A DNA stretch of 64,000 bases from Balanoglossus misakiensis (taxonomy: Eukaryota; Animalia; Hemichordata). The stretch is taken from the NCBI GenBank assembly GCA_040954595.2, contig CM082592.2, forward strand, positions 8,109,677 through 8,173,676. The letters are read 5' to 3'. This document shows, one piece after another, positions 1-12,325 of the stretch (within the stretch, counting starts at the first letter, position 1; each line of letters starts with the position of its first letter). The position numbers and the translations under genes are program-made. The notes beneath the pieces were generated by a model. That model was given only the letters and a program-made list of their open reading frames with translations, had not been told where the DNA came from and did no database searches.

Positions 1-201
1 TTTGTAGTGAGGGCCTACCAGGGCTGCATGGTTTGAAGACAGCTACGCTGATGTCGTTGGGCGCTTCATTTTCGTTCAACACCATCACAGTCATTGCCTC
101 CACTTTCCTGTTGCCAGCGCTGTCCAAGCACTCTACCTCCAGCGGGATTCCACTCGGGTAGCTCTCAAAGCTGATATCAGCACCAACCTTGACAGAGTGC
201 C
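1..201 (-). CDS. Exon 12 (truncated by window edge): cadherin repeat continuation
   Basis: [50 protein letters not shown]; in phase with exon 11. Confidence 0.85.
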
Positions 202-3200
202 CTGTAATGAAATACATCACTACAAAATTACAACCTTTTTCACTAGATTGAATCAGTTGACTTTGAACTCAAAGAAAAAACAAAGGGCTCGAGTCACTTC
301 GGGCACAAGGTGGCGCTGTCTTATTTCAAAAGTGATTGGACTCAAATCATATGTGAAACAAAAACTCAAATAATTTCTAGAAGGATAAAACTTAAAAATA
401 CTATATAGCCTGATAATTTAATGCTGCTGAAATTTTGAAATCTAAACTTGTACATTTATAGAGAAAAAGTTTCATACCGTCAATGTAGAATGGGCTATCA
501 CTGTTGACCATAGAGAATGTGTGAGTGTCACCAGCATCTGGATCGATGGCAGACAGGGTGCCAATAACAGTGTTGATGGGAACATGTTCTGTCACAGTAG
601 ACGTTGACAATGACACTCGAACAGGTGGTTCATTCACATCGGCCAGGTTGACCCTGACAGTCGTCCTTGTGGTCAGACCGCCCGAGTCCATGGCTTGTAT
701 GTCCAGCAGATAGAACGGGTGGGTCTCGAAGTCGAAACACTCCGCGTTGTTGACGACCAGATTCTGTCCCTGCACGGCGAAACAGTTGTTGTTGTTCAGG
801 ATGGAGTATATGTGCGTGTCCCCCTGATCGGGATCCTCCGTCTCGAACTGCCCGATGATCTTGCCGGTCAGGGTGTCACCCCCGATGGAGTACTCGTTGA
901 TGTCGCTGTGGATGAAGTTTATCTTGGTCGGGGGCTCGTTTTCGTCCAGGACCACGATCTCGAAGACGGCGCTGTTAGTGAGGATGGGCGAGCCGTTGTC
1001 TCGCACCTGGATGTGCACCTGGTGGACCGCGTCGCTTTCGTGATCCAGGGGTCGGTTGACGATGATCGCGGCCCCGGCGATCGAGAACTTGCCGCCGGAG
1101 TTGGTGATCAGCGTGAAGTTCAGCTGTTGACCGATGTCCGGATCGATGGCCGTGAGACGGGACACGACGTCACCCACCTGGGCGTTCTCGCTGATTGAAT
1201 TCTCCGTCCACATCGGCGGGCCTGGAGGTTCGTTGACGTCGATCAGGTAAATGCTGAGATCCGAAATCCGCGACTGTTGCGGTATGCCGTTGTCGGTGGC
1301 CAGTATTGAAATCGTGTAGTGCGACTGTGCTTCGAAATCAAGTCCTCCCCGAGCTCTCAAAGTACTGTCTGTGCCAATGTAGAAAGGGCCTGCGTCTCCA
1401 CGGAGATAATACGTAAATGTCTGCGTAATGTCCGAGTCAATGCTGCGAAGGTAACCGACAATTTCGCCGTGGTCGGCATCTTCAGCTATCACATTAGACG
1501 TCAAGTAGGTCAGGATTGGTGGTTCGTTTTCAGTTTTGGGAGGTGCACCGATACATTCAGCAGTCAAGACGCTCCATTGGCTGTTCGATAAACATGTGAT
1601 ATAGTTTGAACCTACCAACGTACCTGAAGGGATATAAAAGGGATATAAAATAATATTGTTAAATAACGCTTGTCAGTAAAAATAAATTTCATAAAACTTG
1701 TCTTTTGGGTGTGGGTGTGATGGAAATGTTCCTCATTTTATATCTGGTCGTTGCTGAATGCTATATTGGCACGATCAAGCCACCCAACCAACCCACCAAG
1801 GCTACAATCATTGCAGCCAGCAGACAGGGAACTACATCAGTCAAACTTGTGACAGACTCACCATAGTTGCAGCTGACATCACAGCGGCTGAGGTAATGAT
1901 ACCCACTGGCACACTCCAAAGAAAAGCCTGTAATATCCGGAGGTTGGCTGCACACTGCAGGACGACAGCTCTTCTTGTCAGGGTTCAAAATATATCCCAG
2001 TGTACACGAACAGACATACGACCCTGTAGGTTGAAACAGCGAGAGACTGAATCCTGACTCCAGAATCGTACATACAGATCATTTGTTCATACACTATCTG
2101 TTGGGTTTTTTTTAGGTCTCACATTTTTTCAGTGGTAGGGGTATTTATCTGGTCTCTCTCTGAAAAAACAATTACCTTGTACATTGGTGCAATCACCCTC
2201 ACACTCGTTGCTCTCACCACACTCATTGATGTCGACACATGTGATGCCATCGTCTTGTATCTGGAAACCTTCATTGCATCCACAACTGTGAATGAATATG
2301 CCACAGTTGTTAATAATGACAGTCTAGTGCTTCATCCAAAGCAGTGATGTATGTACAACGAGATGCGTCAGAGCTGTAAGAGTCTAATGTACCTACCTGA
2401 AACTGCCAGGTGCATTGACACATCTCTGCGAACACGGATTACCGGCGCTTGTGCATTCGTTGGTGTCTTCGCACAATCCCGTCACCGCACTGTACTCGTA
2501 CCCAGTTGGACACCGACACTGGAACGCTCCCGGGACATTCCGGCACTCGGCTTCTGCCGGACAGGGACTGGCTGCATCCAGACACTCGTTGATGTCGTAG
2601 CAGGTGATGCGGTCGGTGTTCAGGGAATATCCGGAGGGACAGGAACAGAAGTAGGAGGATTCCGTGTTCTGGCAGCTGAACTGGCAGCCGCCGTTGCTGA
2701 AGTGACATTCATTGGTGTCTGTGAATAAAATCAACAAAAAAATCAACAAATAAACTATCATGCCAATCCCTCAAGACATGACCAACAATTTTCCTTGATA
2801 GTTGATTGTATTACCCTCACCTATACAAGTTCTGCCGTCTGCTTGAAGAGTGTATCCGCTAATGCACGTACAGTGAAAGCTGCCCTCAGTGTTGATGCAG
2901 TGGTGACTGCAGCCACCATTGCCGATGCTGCATTCATTCGTGTCTGTTCAGTAAAAAAAAAATCAGAAACAAGAATTACAGCACTGTCGCAGGAACTGAC
3001 ACAAATGTAGCCGGTATGATCACTCGCACTAGCAGCAGTCATTGAGGTCAAATTTGGGTCAATCCAAGGCTACAACTTGCACTTATATTTAATGTGATGT
3101 GCGCCCTCTATTTTACATTCTAATTGACGCATTTGTTTTTACAGTCAACTTTGACACACAGTCTTTTATTTATGTGCAATAATAATGCTTGCTCTAGAAG

Positions 3201-6200
3201 TATCAAATACCTGCTTAGCTGCCCCAGTGAGAACTATTGTATAGAGAACAGAATTATACTTGTATATTGACAATGGTTAGATATATACTGGTGCCGGTAG
3301 CCATAAGCCTTTTAAATGAGTATTACCTTCACATGAGTGTTCGTCATTCAGCAGCGTGTAACCATAGCGACAGAGACACCTGTAGGCACCATACATGTCG
3401 ATGCAAATGTCGTCACATTCACCGCGTCCATTGTTTGCCTGGCAGGAATCGATATCTGTTCGGAAAAAAATGGAAATTTGAATCTCATCTTTCATATTCA
3501 CAAAGTAAAGGGAAATATTTCAGAGTCAGCGTCATGTCTAATTCAGAAAATCAGCCATCTTGAAATAGTGTCGACCATGAGATTTTCATCGTTCACCTAG
3601 GTAGTAAAAATCTATTTAAGGCAGAGAGAATTAAGACACAAGAATGCAACAGAGCCACTCACCAGCGCCGAGTTGTCGATCTGGATGCACCACATGGATG
3701 GCGGTTGGATACGTGAAATAGCCCGTAATCACGACTTTGTCATCGCCGGTGTTCTTGTTCACGTTGACGATGTGGTGTAAGTTCTGATCTGTCCAGTAGA
3801 GCCTGTCTTCGTACTGCGACAATCCGTACGGGTGAAACCTCTGCGGGTTGTCCACCAGCATCTGACGATTATTCCCGTCCAAGTCGCAGCGTTCAACTTG
3901 GTCCGTCTCCGCATCTGCCCAGTACAACATCTGAAAATGAATTTAACATTTATTTTATTTAAACCAGAGAACTCGGTAGTAAGTCATCAAGTCCCTAGCT
4001 CCTACTTCATCTTGATAAACAATGAGAACATCAAGTGAAGCAACAACGAAGATATTTACTATAATTCAATTTTGACTGCCCCTTTTACTGATTTTCTTCG
4101 ACTCCCAAATGTGGAATTTCTGACAGCTGTCATCTTCGATATCAAGGGCATTTTGAAAACCATCTGTGACTTATATTTAGCAGGAATTGAGACCAGTGTC
4201 CAGGCATCAAGGTATTATATGGGGCTTAGTTGTCTGAGGAAGATTAAAAATGGTACACAATATTTGCCTGCATGATTGGCCAAACAGCTGTTTAAGATTA
4301 TGATAATATACGACATGATTAATTACAATGGCAAGTGTTTAGTAATGTCCTCCTTTGCAACTGACAATATATCTGACATAGACATGAAATATTATCCGCA
4401 GAAGTATATGGATTTAGAGGGGCAGACTTTGTCACACAATAGCATTTAATAATATGGCTAATACAGGTACGGTATATGTAACCATGGAGTCAGACGCATA
4501 TGGGGGTTGCTAGGAAACTGATTATACACATGTCAAATTTTTTAATGATAGTGCTCTGGCTGCTGGCGCCAATTGGTCAATCATATAAAAATTATATTAC
4601 GGTATGTCGTCGCCAAGTTTTGAAATACTGACCCTTTCGATATAATCAATGGTGATAGCATTTGGCTTGGCAAGTCCTGTACTGACGAGGGTCATCTGCT
4701 GCGAGCCGTCGCTTATTCTGGCCTTCTGGATGGTGGGATACACTTCGAAGACATCGGTGAAATATAACCAGTCACTGTGGGGGTCCACACAGAGCCCCCT
4801 AGGTTTGTGGACATTGTTCCCCACGTGCAGTTGTCTGAGTCGTTGTCCTTGTGCGTTGACGAAGTCAAGATCAATTTTTTCTATAACTCCTCTTGCTGAA
4901 ACAAAAAATAAGAACGCCGTCAATTTCTTAACACTTTAATAAATCGAACTTTGATGGAAACATTCAACTGTCTCAGTTGTTTCATTTACTTGTAGTCTTC
5001 AGAAAGTTGTCTCCACATTTTTTGTTTACATACCGCTGTCACTGAAAAATAGTTTTCTGCCGACCCAGTCCAAGGCAATGCCATCCGGCTGTGTTAAGTT
5101 AGCTGTCACAAAATCTTCTATGTTACTCGGGTCATCAAGTTTGGTCCTGGAAAAAATACGCTCTTGTGAAAAGTACTGAAGTGGTCTTTAAGTCTGAATG
5201 TGCCTTCAAACCTTCTCAGGAAGCTTTTATGCAAATAAGACAAAATTATTTGGCCTTTGACACATCTTCTGTTAACCACCATACCAATGAAGACTTTAAA
5301 GAAGAGTTGTAATTCTTACTAAATTTTCAGGGAGAAATACTATTATTGGCTGAAGATCCCATGAAAAGAAGTCTTTGACTATACCTTTCAACACTGCCTC
5401 CATTACCGTACACAATTCAAACAACGGCATTTACCTTTGAATTTTCTTGCTGATATGATCGCTCCAGTAAATATACCCAGTTGCGTAATCATAGTCCAGC
5501 GCCACCACATTTTGTAGTCCGTCGACTATCGTCTGGTAGTTTGTGCCGTCGAAGTTTAGTCGGCGAATGTCGATGCTGTTGGCAAAGAGAAGGTAGGGCT
5601 CTGGCTGCAGCACTTGTTGCGATGATGATAAGTGGAGTAAAGCTGGAAAGAAAAAGACAAATATAAGCCACTCATGAGTTCACAGGGATGCAATCAAATC
5701 ACAAAGTAGGATTGTTTTTTTTTTAGGGACAGACATGCACTTTTACCGATGGAGACTGTTTACAGATACAACTTTCTGTACAATAAGTCACCTTTCCCCC
5801 AATAAAGCCTGTTCTAACAAACACCAGTATAGTACCTGTTGCAACAGCCACATACAAGATTGCACACATAACTCACAGTGTTTCTGTTTGTGTGCGATAC
5901 ACTTTCATTGAATCAAAAATCAGTACATAGAAACTGTTTGTTTGTTCGTTCTCCTCCTCATCCTGCGCCCTCATGTCACAAACAAGTTTACCACTTCAAA
6001 GACCCAATGAAACACAGTCACTGGTGTTGTTCACAGCTTGTCATTCACAGCTTGGTCTTTTTGTGAAAACAAGAAAGAAAAGGAACCAGAAAACATCTGA
6101 TTCACGTTTGTATTTTTTATGTTTCAGGTTTCAAGGATATATTGCCTGAAAGATATAGCCCACTGTGAAATAGATCTGACCTTAAATCCTCTTTACTTGG

Positions 6201-9200
6201 AAGAAGGACTGGGATTGTTTGCTTTGTAGTGGATGTGTTAATACTCGCTTTATTGGGTCTGTGCGGTTTATTGTGTCTGTCATAATGCACCTGTCCTCTT
6301 TTCATTCCAGGTTTGTCCTTGGGTCCGAACTCGGGCCTCCATTCATAGCCGCGCCGCTTTTGTGGAACTTTTCAAACAATTTCGCTTTATGAACTCGTTG
6401 GAGAAGGCAAGGCCAACCCTGGAGCTAAATAACAAGTTACGGTGAACGTGATCGGAACGTTGGTCACCTGAGCTGGGGGATTTTAAAGCCCTTACGACAA
6501 CAAAGAGACAGCACCAACAGATACCTGGAGATTCAAACCAGAGAACGTATACCTGGGAGAGAAATTTCAATAGCCTAGGGAGCCTTGAAATCTAGTGCAG
6601 TGTTCTAGATTGTTTTACTAGTATTTTCAGAAAAAAGTAACTTATTTTCTTGATAACGATGAATGATGACATTGAATTGTTTCATCAAGATTACAAATGT
6701 AATGGGTAAAAGCAAACTCTCCAAAAGTTTGTGAAAAGTCTACATCAATAAATAAAAGGGGAAAGGGGAGCATAACCCATTTTCACTGAGACATCCTGGT
6801 TGAAATACTGCAGAATCACTTTGTCTTTTCAACACCGAATGGATGTCTAAACATCAGTAATGGCTCTACGTCTTAACAAACAAGGGATGACTGTTTTTGA
6901 AGTTTTTGTCCAACTTTATACGTAATCCCAATGCTTCTAAAGGTCGGAGCTTCGCAGTACATCCCACTTAAATAGCCATTTCATCAGTAAACAAAAGTAA
7001 CTATTGTAGTCAACCATTTCCTGTTGTGACCGAACACGCACAATGTCGACACAGCGTCTGTGGTAGTAAACAACAAAGTATAAAAAGTACTTGCCATTTT
7101 GTTTGTGCAATATTCTGAAAAGTGCTGTGATACGAAACAATATCATATAGAAAATATATCACAATGAGAAAGGACTTGCAAGGATATTTTTTTTTAGTTG
7201 ATGACATGTGCATGAACTCACTGTTGTTGTTGATTTTCAGGCTCACACGCAATTTATTGTGTCTGCATGTAGGTGCCTCCTTATTTCCACCAGATTGTAA
7301 ATGCTTTAGAAAACAGCATCACGTTTACATCGCTTTAGGCATTTACATCAAACTGACCTGTAAAAAATTCACAGCCCCATATAACCTTTGACAGCCGAAC
7401 TAGTTTTCTGACGACCGAAGTAAAGCCGCGGTTAGACAGGAAGGAGCTTTCAGATTTAATTGTCACAGGTGGACAACAGCAAGACTTACTATTGAAAAGT
7501 GGTGAAGGTAAACACTGTCCGTGACGTGCAAAGACGCAGTTTCTTTGAATGGATTCATCAGCCATCTGATTTATTAAGAAGGTGTAGTTCTGCAAACGTC
7601 TTTGTGTGAAATCGTGTACACCTGGGTTGCAGAAACCTTCAACTTCCACTTTGCCTGTTAGTAATCAGTGGGGTTTCATTGGAAACACAACTCCCAGTTG
7701 AGAAGTGGGGCATGGGGACATCAAGGTCACTGGGATGTCAACAAAGGACACAGTTGGTCATCTCTCTCTCCCCTTCCCTCCTTCCCTCCCTTGAAAAGAA
7801 GCTTCACGATACACATGCATAATGATGCAGGCTAGTCAGAACTTTCTGAGGTCGCAGGAACTGGTCATCGTCACGGCGATAGAATAAAAAGATGACTGTG
7901 AAAAATCCAAGGTGAGACAAAGTTGTCAGGAAATGTCAACAACCGTTGTCCCCCAAATGACTCCCATATAGCCTACGCACATAAAAGATAACTTGATGTC
8001 GTGGGCACTCTGCATCACTGAGTTTTCACATGCGTCTCAGAATGAGTAGATACTTGTTTGGGCCTCATAGGTACGCTGACCTGAAGCGAACTCGGCACGC
8101 TCGAAGAGCTGGGAACAGAAGTCTGACCGAAAAACAATTCGTCATTTGATTGATAGTATTGTAGTCGCTAAGTTTATGCCGTTACAAGAAACAGGACACA
8201 CCCAGAGCCTTAGAAGACGATATTTTTAAACCACTGCTGCTATGAGGGACAGCTGGGAATACAGGAGTAGCCAACCAGATTGTTTACGTTCTGCACCAAT
8301 CAATTCTCGTGTACGGTGTTGAATTAAGGCTTAAAATACTGAACAAATGTATCCATGGCAGATCAGTTATAGCGGTAAAATTAGCAACTGCTAAATCACA
8401 AACAGTATAAGCTTCTTTTAACCTGATACCCAAGTAAAAGGCTGCTAAAACTATTAACTTAATATTCACTTAAAAAATTGATACATTGTATTCAACAGGT
8501 GGTTTATGATTGGTTGGCCAATTGGGGGGGGGGGGGGAGCGCTCAATTCCTTATTGAATCCAATGCATTTATTTCGTTTAAAGAAAACATTTTCATAGCA
8601 AAGTACATGTATGTATACCTCATGAATCCATTGAAGAAAACAGGCAACATTTATAATACCCAACCACAGACGGACATGTGACTATATATAATCACATGAC
8701 TCAGCTTATCTGTCAGCAACATACCATAATCACACTCTTACATAACATTTCCATTAATATCTTGTTCAGCTTCTTTTCACTTTACAGGACGATGCAGCTT
8801 TTTTTATTTCGGAGACAGTAGATGGTCCCTTGGGTATAGGACTTTTTATCGAGATTCACCTGACAATGTAATAGGCCGTTAAGTTTTCATTACCTGCGCT
8901 CCATTCAAGATCAGTCTATTCACGGAGGTCATCTGCCATGAACTGTTTTTTATTGCAAGTTTTTTTTTAAACAGAGAATACAACTACTTACAATCATTTG
9001 CTTATTTTAAAACTTCCCTTCTCTTCTGAAGGCAACAAAACAACCTAACAGATTTTTAGTGTGCAAGTCCTAGCAAGTTGATGTCAACAACTCTACTAGT
9101 CAGTGTTTACCAAGTCCAATCAAAGGAAAATTACCATACTTGTAATAGAAACATGCAAGGAAATATAGATTTAGACAATTGAAAAAAATCATTAATACCA

Positions 9201-12200
9201 ATATTGTGGTATTGACATTTTCAATGAAAGAAAAAGCTCTTTTGTAGGAACAGATCTCTATTCCAAACAAGAGAAATCAACAATGGCATTCACACAGGAA
9301 ATGAAAACCTTCCCAGAAGTCACTGCAGGGCCATTGAAATCGACTTCCGTGATAATTAATGTATGTCTCCATCAGCAGACCAGCAGTCTGGGGGACAGAA
9401 CACACTCTTCCGTTGATGTTGGTACTTTTAAAATTTCCTGTTTTAAGGGAGCTTGTATTCAAATCGGAATTCATATTGCATGTGCGTGTCAGCTGCTCTG
9501 AAAAATGAGAATTCAGGTAGCCGTCTGGTTCAATGCCTGTTGAGATAAACTGAATGAGGTTTTCATTGACACAAAAATAATTTTTGTCCAAACCATAGAT
9601 TTTCTTCAGTGGAATGAAAGAGTAGAGGACAAACAAATATGCTGTGCTGGGGTTGAGGAGCTATTTTCGTATTTTTTTTTTTTTTTTTTTTTTTTTGTGA
9701 AAGGACAATTATGTACATCATACAAATGAGGACTTTTGACATCTCAGCTCTGCATTTCAAAATAGCAGGGACTGACATTGGAGTGAAAGGCTTAGATCAC
9801 CTTGGAGAAGTCATTCATGTTCAGGTATGCAGGGGTCTTTGACAGATGAAGGACATGTCACTGGTGTCCTCTATACGCCCAAACTGTTGACCAACACCTC
9901 TGTCCTGTGTAATTACTACAATTCAACGGGTTCCTCAGTCAGAGTCATTGCAATGGCACAGAAAGCACAAACTCACTGATTGGCAACCGGCATTGACTGA
10001 GATCACAAAAGCAATATCTGACCAATCTCACCAGTATTATGATGCTGTCACAGATTGGAAGCACAACTCTATAAGTGATTGTACCTGCAGCTTATATGAA
10101 AAAAATCAGTCTATTATTCCAACAAATATTGTCAAATATCTGCAGTAACCTTTTCACCCCTCTCCAAATTTACCATAGAAAACTGTTGGTTTTGGACCAA
10201 ACAATGATAAAAAAAGGGTTCAAAAAGTTTTGAGGAAGATGGGTACTCTTAAAATTCTTCAAGGGCTGTTATTTTTCTAATATTATAGAACTGTAATTAT
10301 TGCAATATAAACACACTAACTAATGGCAAAAACAATCTAAAGTCACCTTTCACTTTTGACCCATTCCAATTCCATCTGTCTTAATTATCGGAGGTTGAAC
10401 GAGAGTCTGTTCAGTGATTAATGAACATGATATACCATGTTGTATTGTACCAGGCAGTACCCTAAACAGCAAAGAGAACACTGACAAAAGAATAACTATT
10501 ACACGGTAACAAAAAAGAACACTGCAGCTTTAATCTCTGAATGACGCAAACTCCCATCTCTCACAAAGGGTCTTACTGACTACCAGTGCACATCGTAGCA
10601 TGTCACAAAAGTCCCAGACAACATAGACCTAGGTGTTGTCACCAACTGCCCTGAATGAACCTAAATATAACGATGGTTCACAACCGCCCTTTCAAAAGAA
10701 AAGACTTGTTTGGTCTGCACAAACACCAATGAAAGAAAAGTCCACCCCACTTACAAAAAGGTGGCTCAGAAAACTTGTGCACTTTTTCAAGCCAAGCCAC
10801 AAATGTTTACATGTGCTGACTAAGATTTTATAGTTATTTTTTAAATTTTCTATTAGTGTTTAGTTAGGAAATACAGCTGTAAATCAAATGCTCTAACAAG
10901 TGCATGAACTTATTTAATTATCTTTCAGTTATATTAAAATGAGTGTCTCAAGTAGGAATCCCAATATTTGCCTAGCCTTCAGTTAATTTGCATATTCCCT
11001 GTACATATGTTCCTGCCCAAACTTTCAAATGCATTTTTTTTTGTTTTAAATTCACATTTTTCAACAAATTCAAATGTTCAGCAAATATAAGTTATGAATA
11101 AACAGAAACACTTCTTTGATTGTCACTACAAATAAAATGGTTGAAAGTAACTGTCATTAATACCCATATTGGTGCTTTGTTTTCTGTCAAACACACATTG
11201 TAATCCTGTTCTCAAATTTACATACTATTACATACAGGAATTGCTTGACTTTCATGTTTCAGCCATTGTCTTTTTTCTAAAATAGTTTTTTTTTACTTGT
11301 CTAGTTCGGGATGAAATAGATACTTTTCCATTGAAATCTTCAACTAGAGTGTGGCCTTGAACAGAAACTTTGCAAAAGAGGGAAATTTGAGGCAGTGTTT
11401 AATAATTTGTAACTGTGCAACAAACCTTTGTCATGTACCATTACATTACTGGTAACTTAACAGCTCATTTTATATTAATAGACCTATGTGGATTTACTTT
11501 GTGGCCAGGTGATAATTTCGATTCAACAAGCAATCCAGTAAACTATATGACCTTCATATTATTTTACATGCTTGGTAGATATTGTTCTATGTCGAGAAAC
11601 AAAAGACTGTCTTCTCAATGGTGGTCAGACTAGCGCTCAATCACTATCTAGCCAACAAACTAGAAATGGACAATGTTCCGTTTTAGTTTTTACACCAAAA
11701 ATGTAAGAAACCACAACCACGCGTCAGTGAACCACAGATCTTTTTATTTCTTTTCATGTTTTTTTTTTTTACTGTTATTGATCGCTAAAGGAAGGTTTTC
11801 TTTTGTTTCAGCGAGGCTCGTGCACCCGGCTCAATGCCAGTCACTGTTCAACTGACCTTGGTTTAACAACCGAAACCACAGTGCTTTTGATTTTAACATT
11901 TTTAACCACGTGCGCACGCATTCTGGCGGTAGAACTTGGGGTAACGCACAAAATAAAGTAACGCGCAAGCGGTTTTTTCATTTAACGTTTTTTTTCTTCA
12001 TTCTAACAACAACTTTAACATGCGTCACAGGTCGGCGACCCGCTGAAACACAATAGTTGTTTTGGAACTTGGATTCCCATTGTTCAAAGTGGTAGACATG
12101 CGAATGTGTGTTAAAAGAGGATTGTGAAATATATTATGTCGCAGACGACGCGCGCGCGCGTCGGCGTGATCGGCGGACTGCGCGCGGGTCCTCTCCCGGT

Positions 12201-12325
12201 ATATAGGGTTAATGAAAAACAAAAACAAAGGAAATATATTAACTCGGCTCTCAAAGTAATTTATTCTGAAAGTGTAACTTACCTGCTACAGTTAAAAATG
12301 TAAACAATCCCGACGCTGGCGACAT
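1..12325 (-). CDS. Multi-exon gene, 3' end outside the window: signal peptide + YWTD beta-propeller + 6 EGF/cbEGF + sushi + cadherin repeats
   Basis: Twelve exons join in phase with GT/AG sites: 12325-12283, 5642-5435, 5146-5034, 4895-4633, 3930-3663, 3455-3327, 2943-2821, 2718-2397, 2285-2176, 2023-1862, 1623-478, 201-<1. The product starts [43 protein letters not shown]. Confidence 0.88.
478..1623 (-). CDS. Exon 11 (1146 nt): end of sushi domain plus about 3.5 cadherin repeats
   Basis: [16 protein letters not shown] (sushi), followed by repeated DVNEPP/DENEPP, DPD and LDFE/LDHE cadherin calcium motifs; donor GAC G|gtatga. Confidence 0.92.
1862..2023 (-). CDS. Exon 10: end of cbEGF, first half of sushi/CCP domain
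   Basis: [53 protein letters not shown]; donor G|gtgagt. Confidence 0.88.
2176..2285 (-). CDS. Exon 9: cbEGF domains
   Basis: [36 protein letters not shown]; ttcacag acceptor, G|gtaatt donor. Confidence 0.88.
2397..2718 (-). CDS. Exon 8: tandem cbEGF domains
   Basis: [12 protein letters not shown]...[12 protein letters not shown]...[12 protein letters not shown]; matches ORF 2393..2761. Confidence 0.92.
2821..2943 (-). CDS. Exon 7: calcium-binding EGF domain
   Basis: [41 protein letters not shown]; phase 1-1. This frame is absent from the ORF track. Confidence 0.92.
   Translation of the reverse strand, partial: TRMNAASAMVAAVTTASTLRAAFTVRALADTLFKQTAELV
3327..3455 (-). CDS. Exon 6: EGF-like domain
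   Basis: [43 protein letters not shown]; symmetric phase 1-1 exon. Confidence 0.9.
3663..3930 (-). CDS. Exon 5: last YWTD blades
   Basis: MLYWAD...[16 protein letters not shown]...HPDRQ; donor G|gtgagt. Confidence 0.92.
4633..4895 (-). CDS. Exon 4: YWTD blades
   Basis: [18 protein letters not shown]...KPNAITID; matches ORF 4597..4923. Confidence 0.9.
5034..5146 (-). CDS. Exon 3: YWTD blade
   Basis: [37 protein letters not shown]; PDGIALDW motif; phases 2/1 fit the neighbouring exons. Confidence 0.9.
5435..5642 (-). CDS. Exon 2: end of signal peptide, YWTD blades 1-2
   Basis: ctttccag acceptor; [28 protein letters not shown]...[15 protein letters not shown]; LRP-type propeller start. Confidence 0.9.
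10146..10222 (-). mobile_element. Degenerate inverted copy of the small AACCCTTTCACC-type MITE
   Basis: Its reverse complement (aaccctttt...ggtccaaaacc...gttttctatggtaa...ttgga...ggggtgaaaaggtta) aligns with the element at 56818-56911. Confidence 0.5.
12283..12325 (-). CDS. Exon 1 of YWTD-EGF-cadherin gene (start of signal peptide)
   Basis: ATG at 12325, [14 protein letters not shown], donor G|gtaagt. Phase 1 matches exon 2 and completes a hydrophobic signal peptide. Confidence 0.72.

Noticed and set aside
401-477. Stop at 401 as the end of the cadherin protein
   Set aside because: The ORF runs into an intron. A donor at 477 and an in-phase exon at 201 continue the cadherin repeat.
525-2728. 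Plus-strand ORFs such as 695..1198 (167 aa) and 2351..2728
   Set aside because: Antisense shadows of GC-rich minus-strand cadherin and EGF exons.
6100-10150. Nested gene or pseudogene in intron 1 (ORFs 6343, 7335, 9277, 9948)
   Set aside because: Some stretches look exon-like in composition, but I could not recognise a protein family or build a consistent spliced frame. A translated search would be needed.
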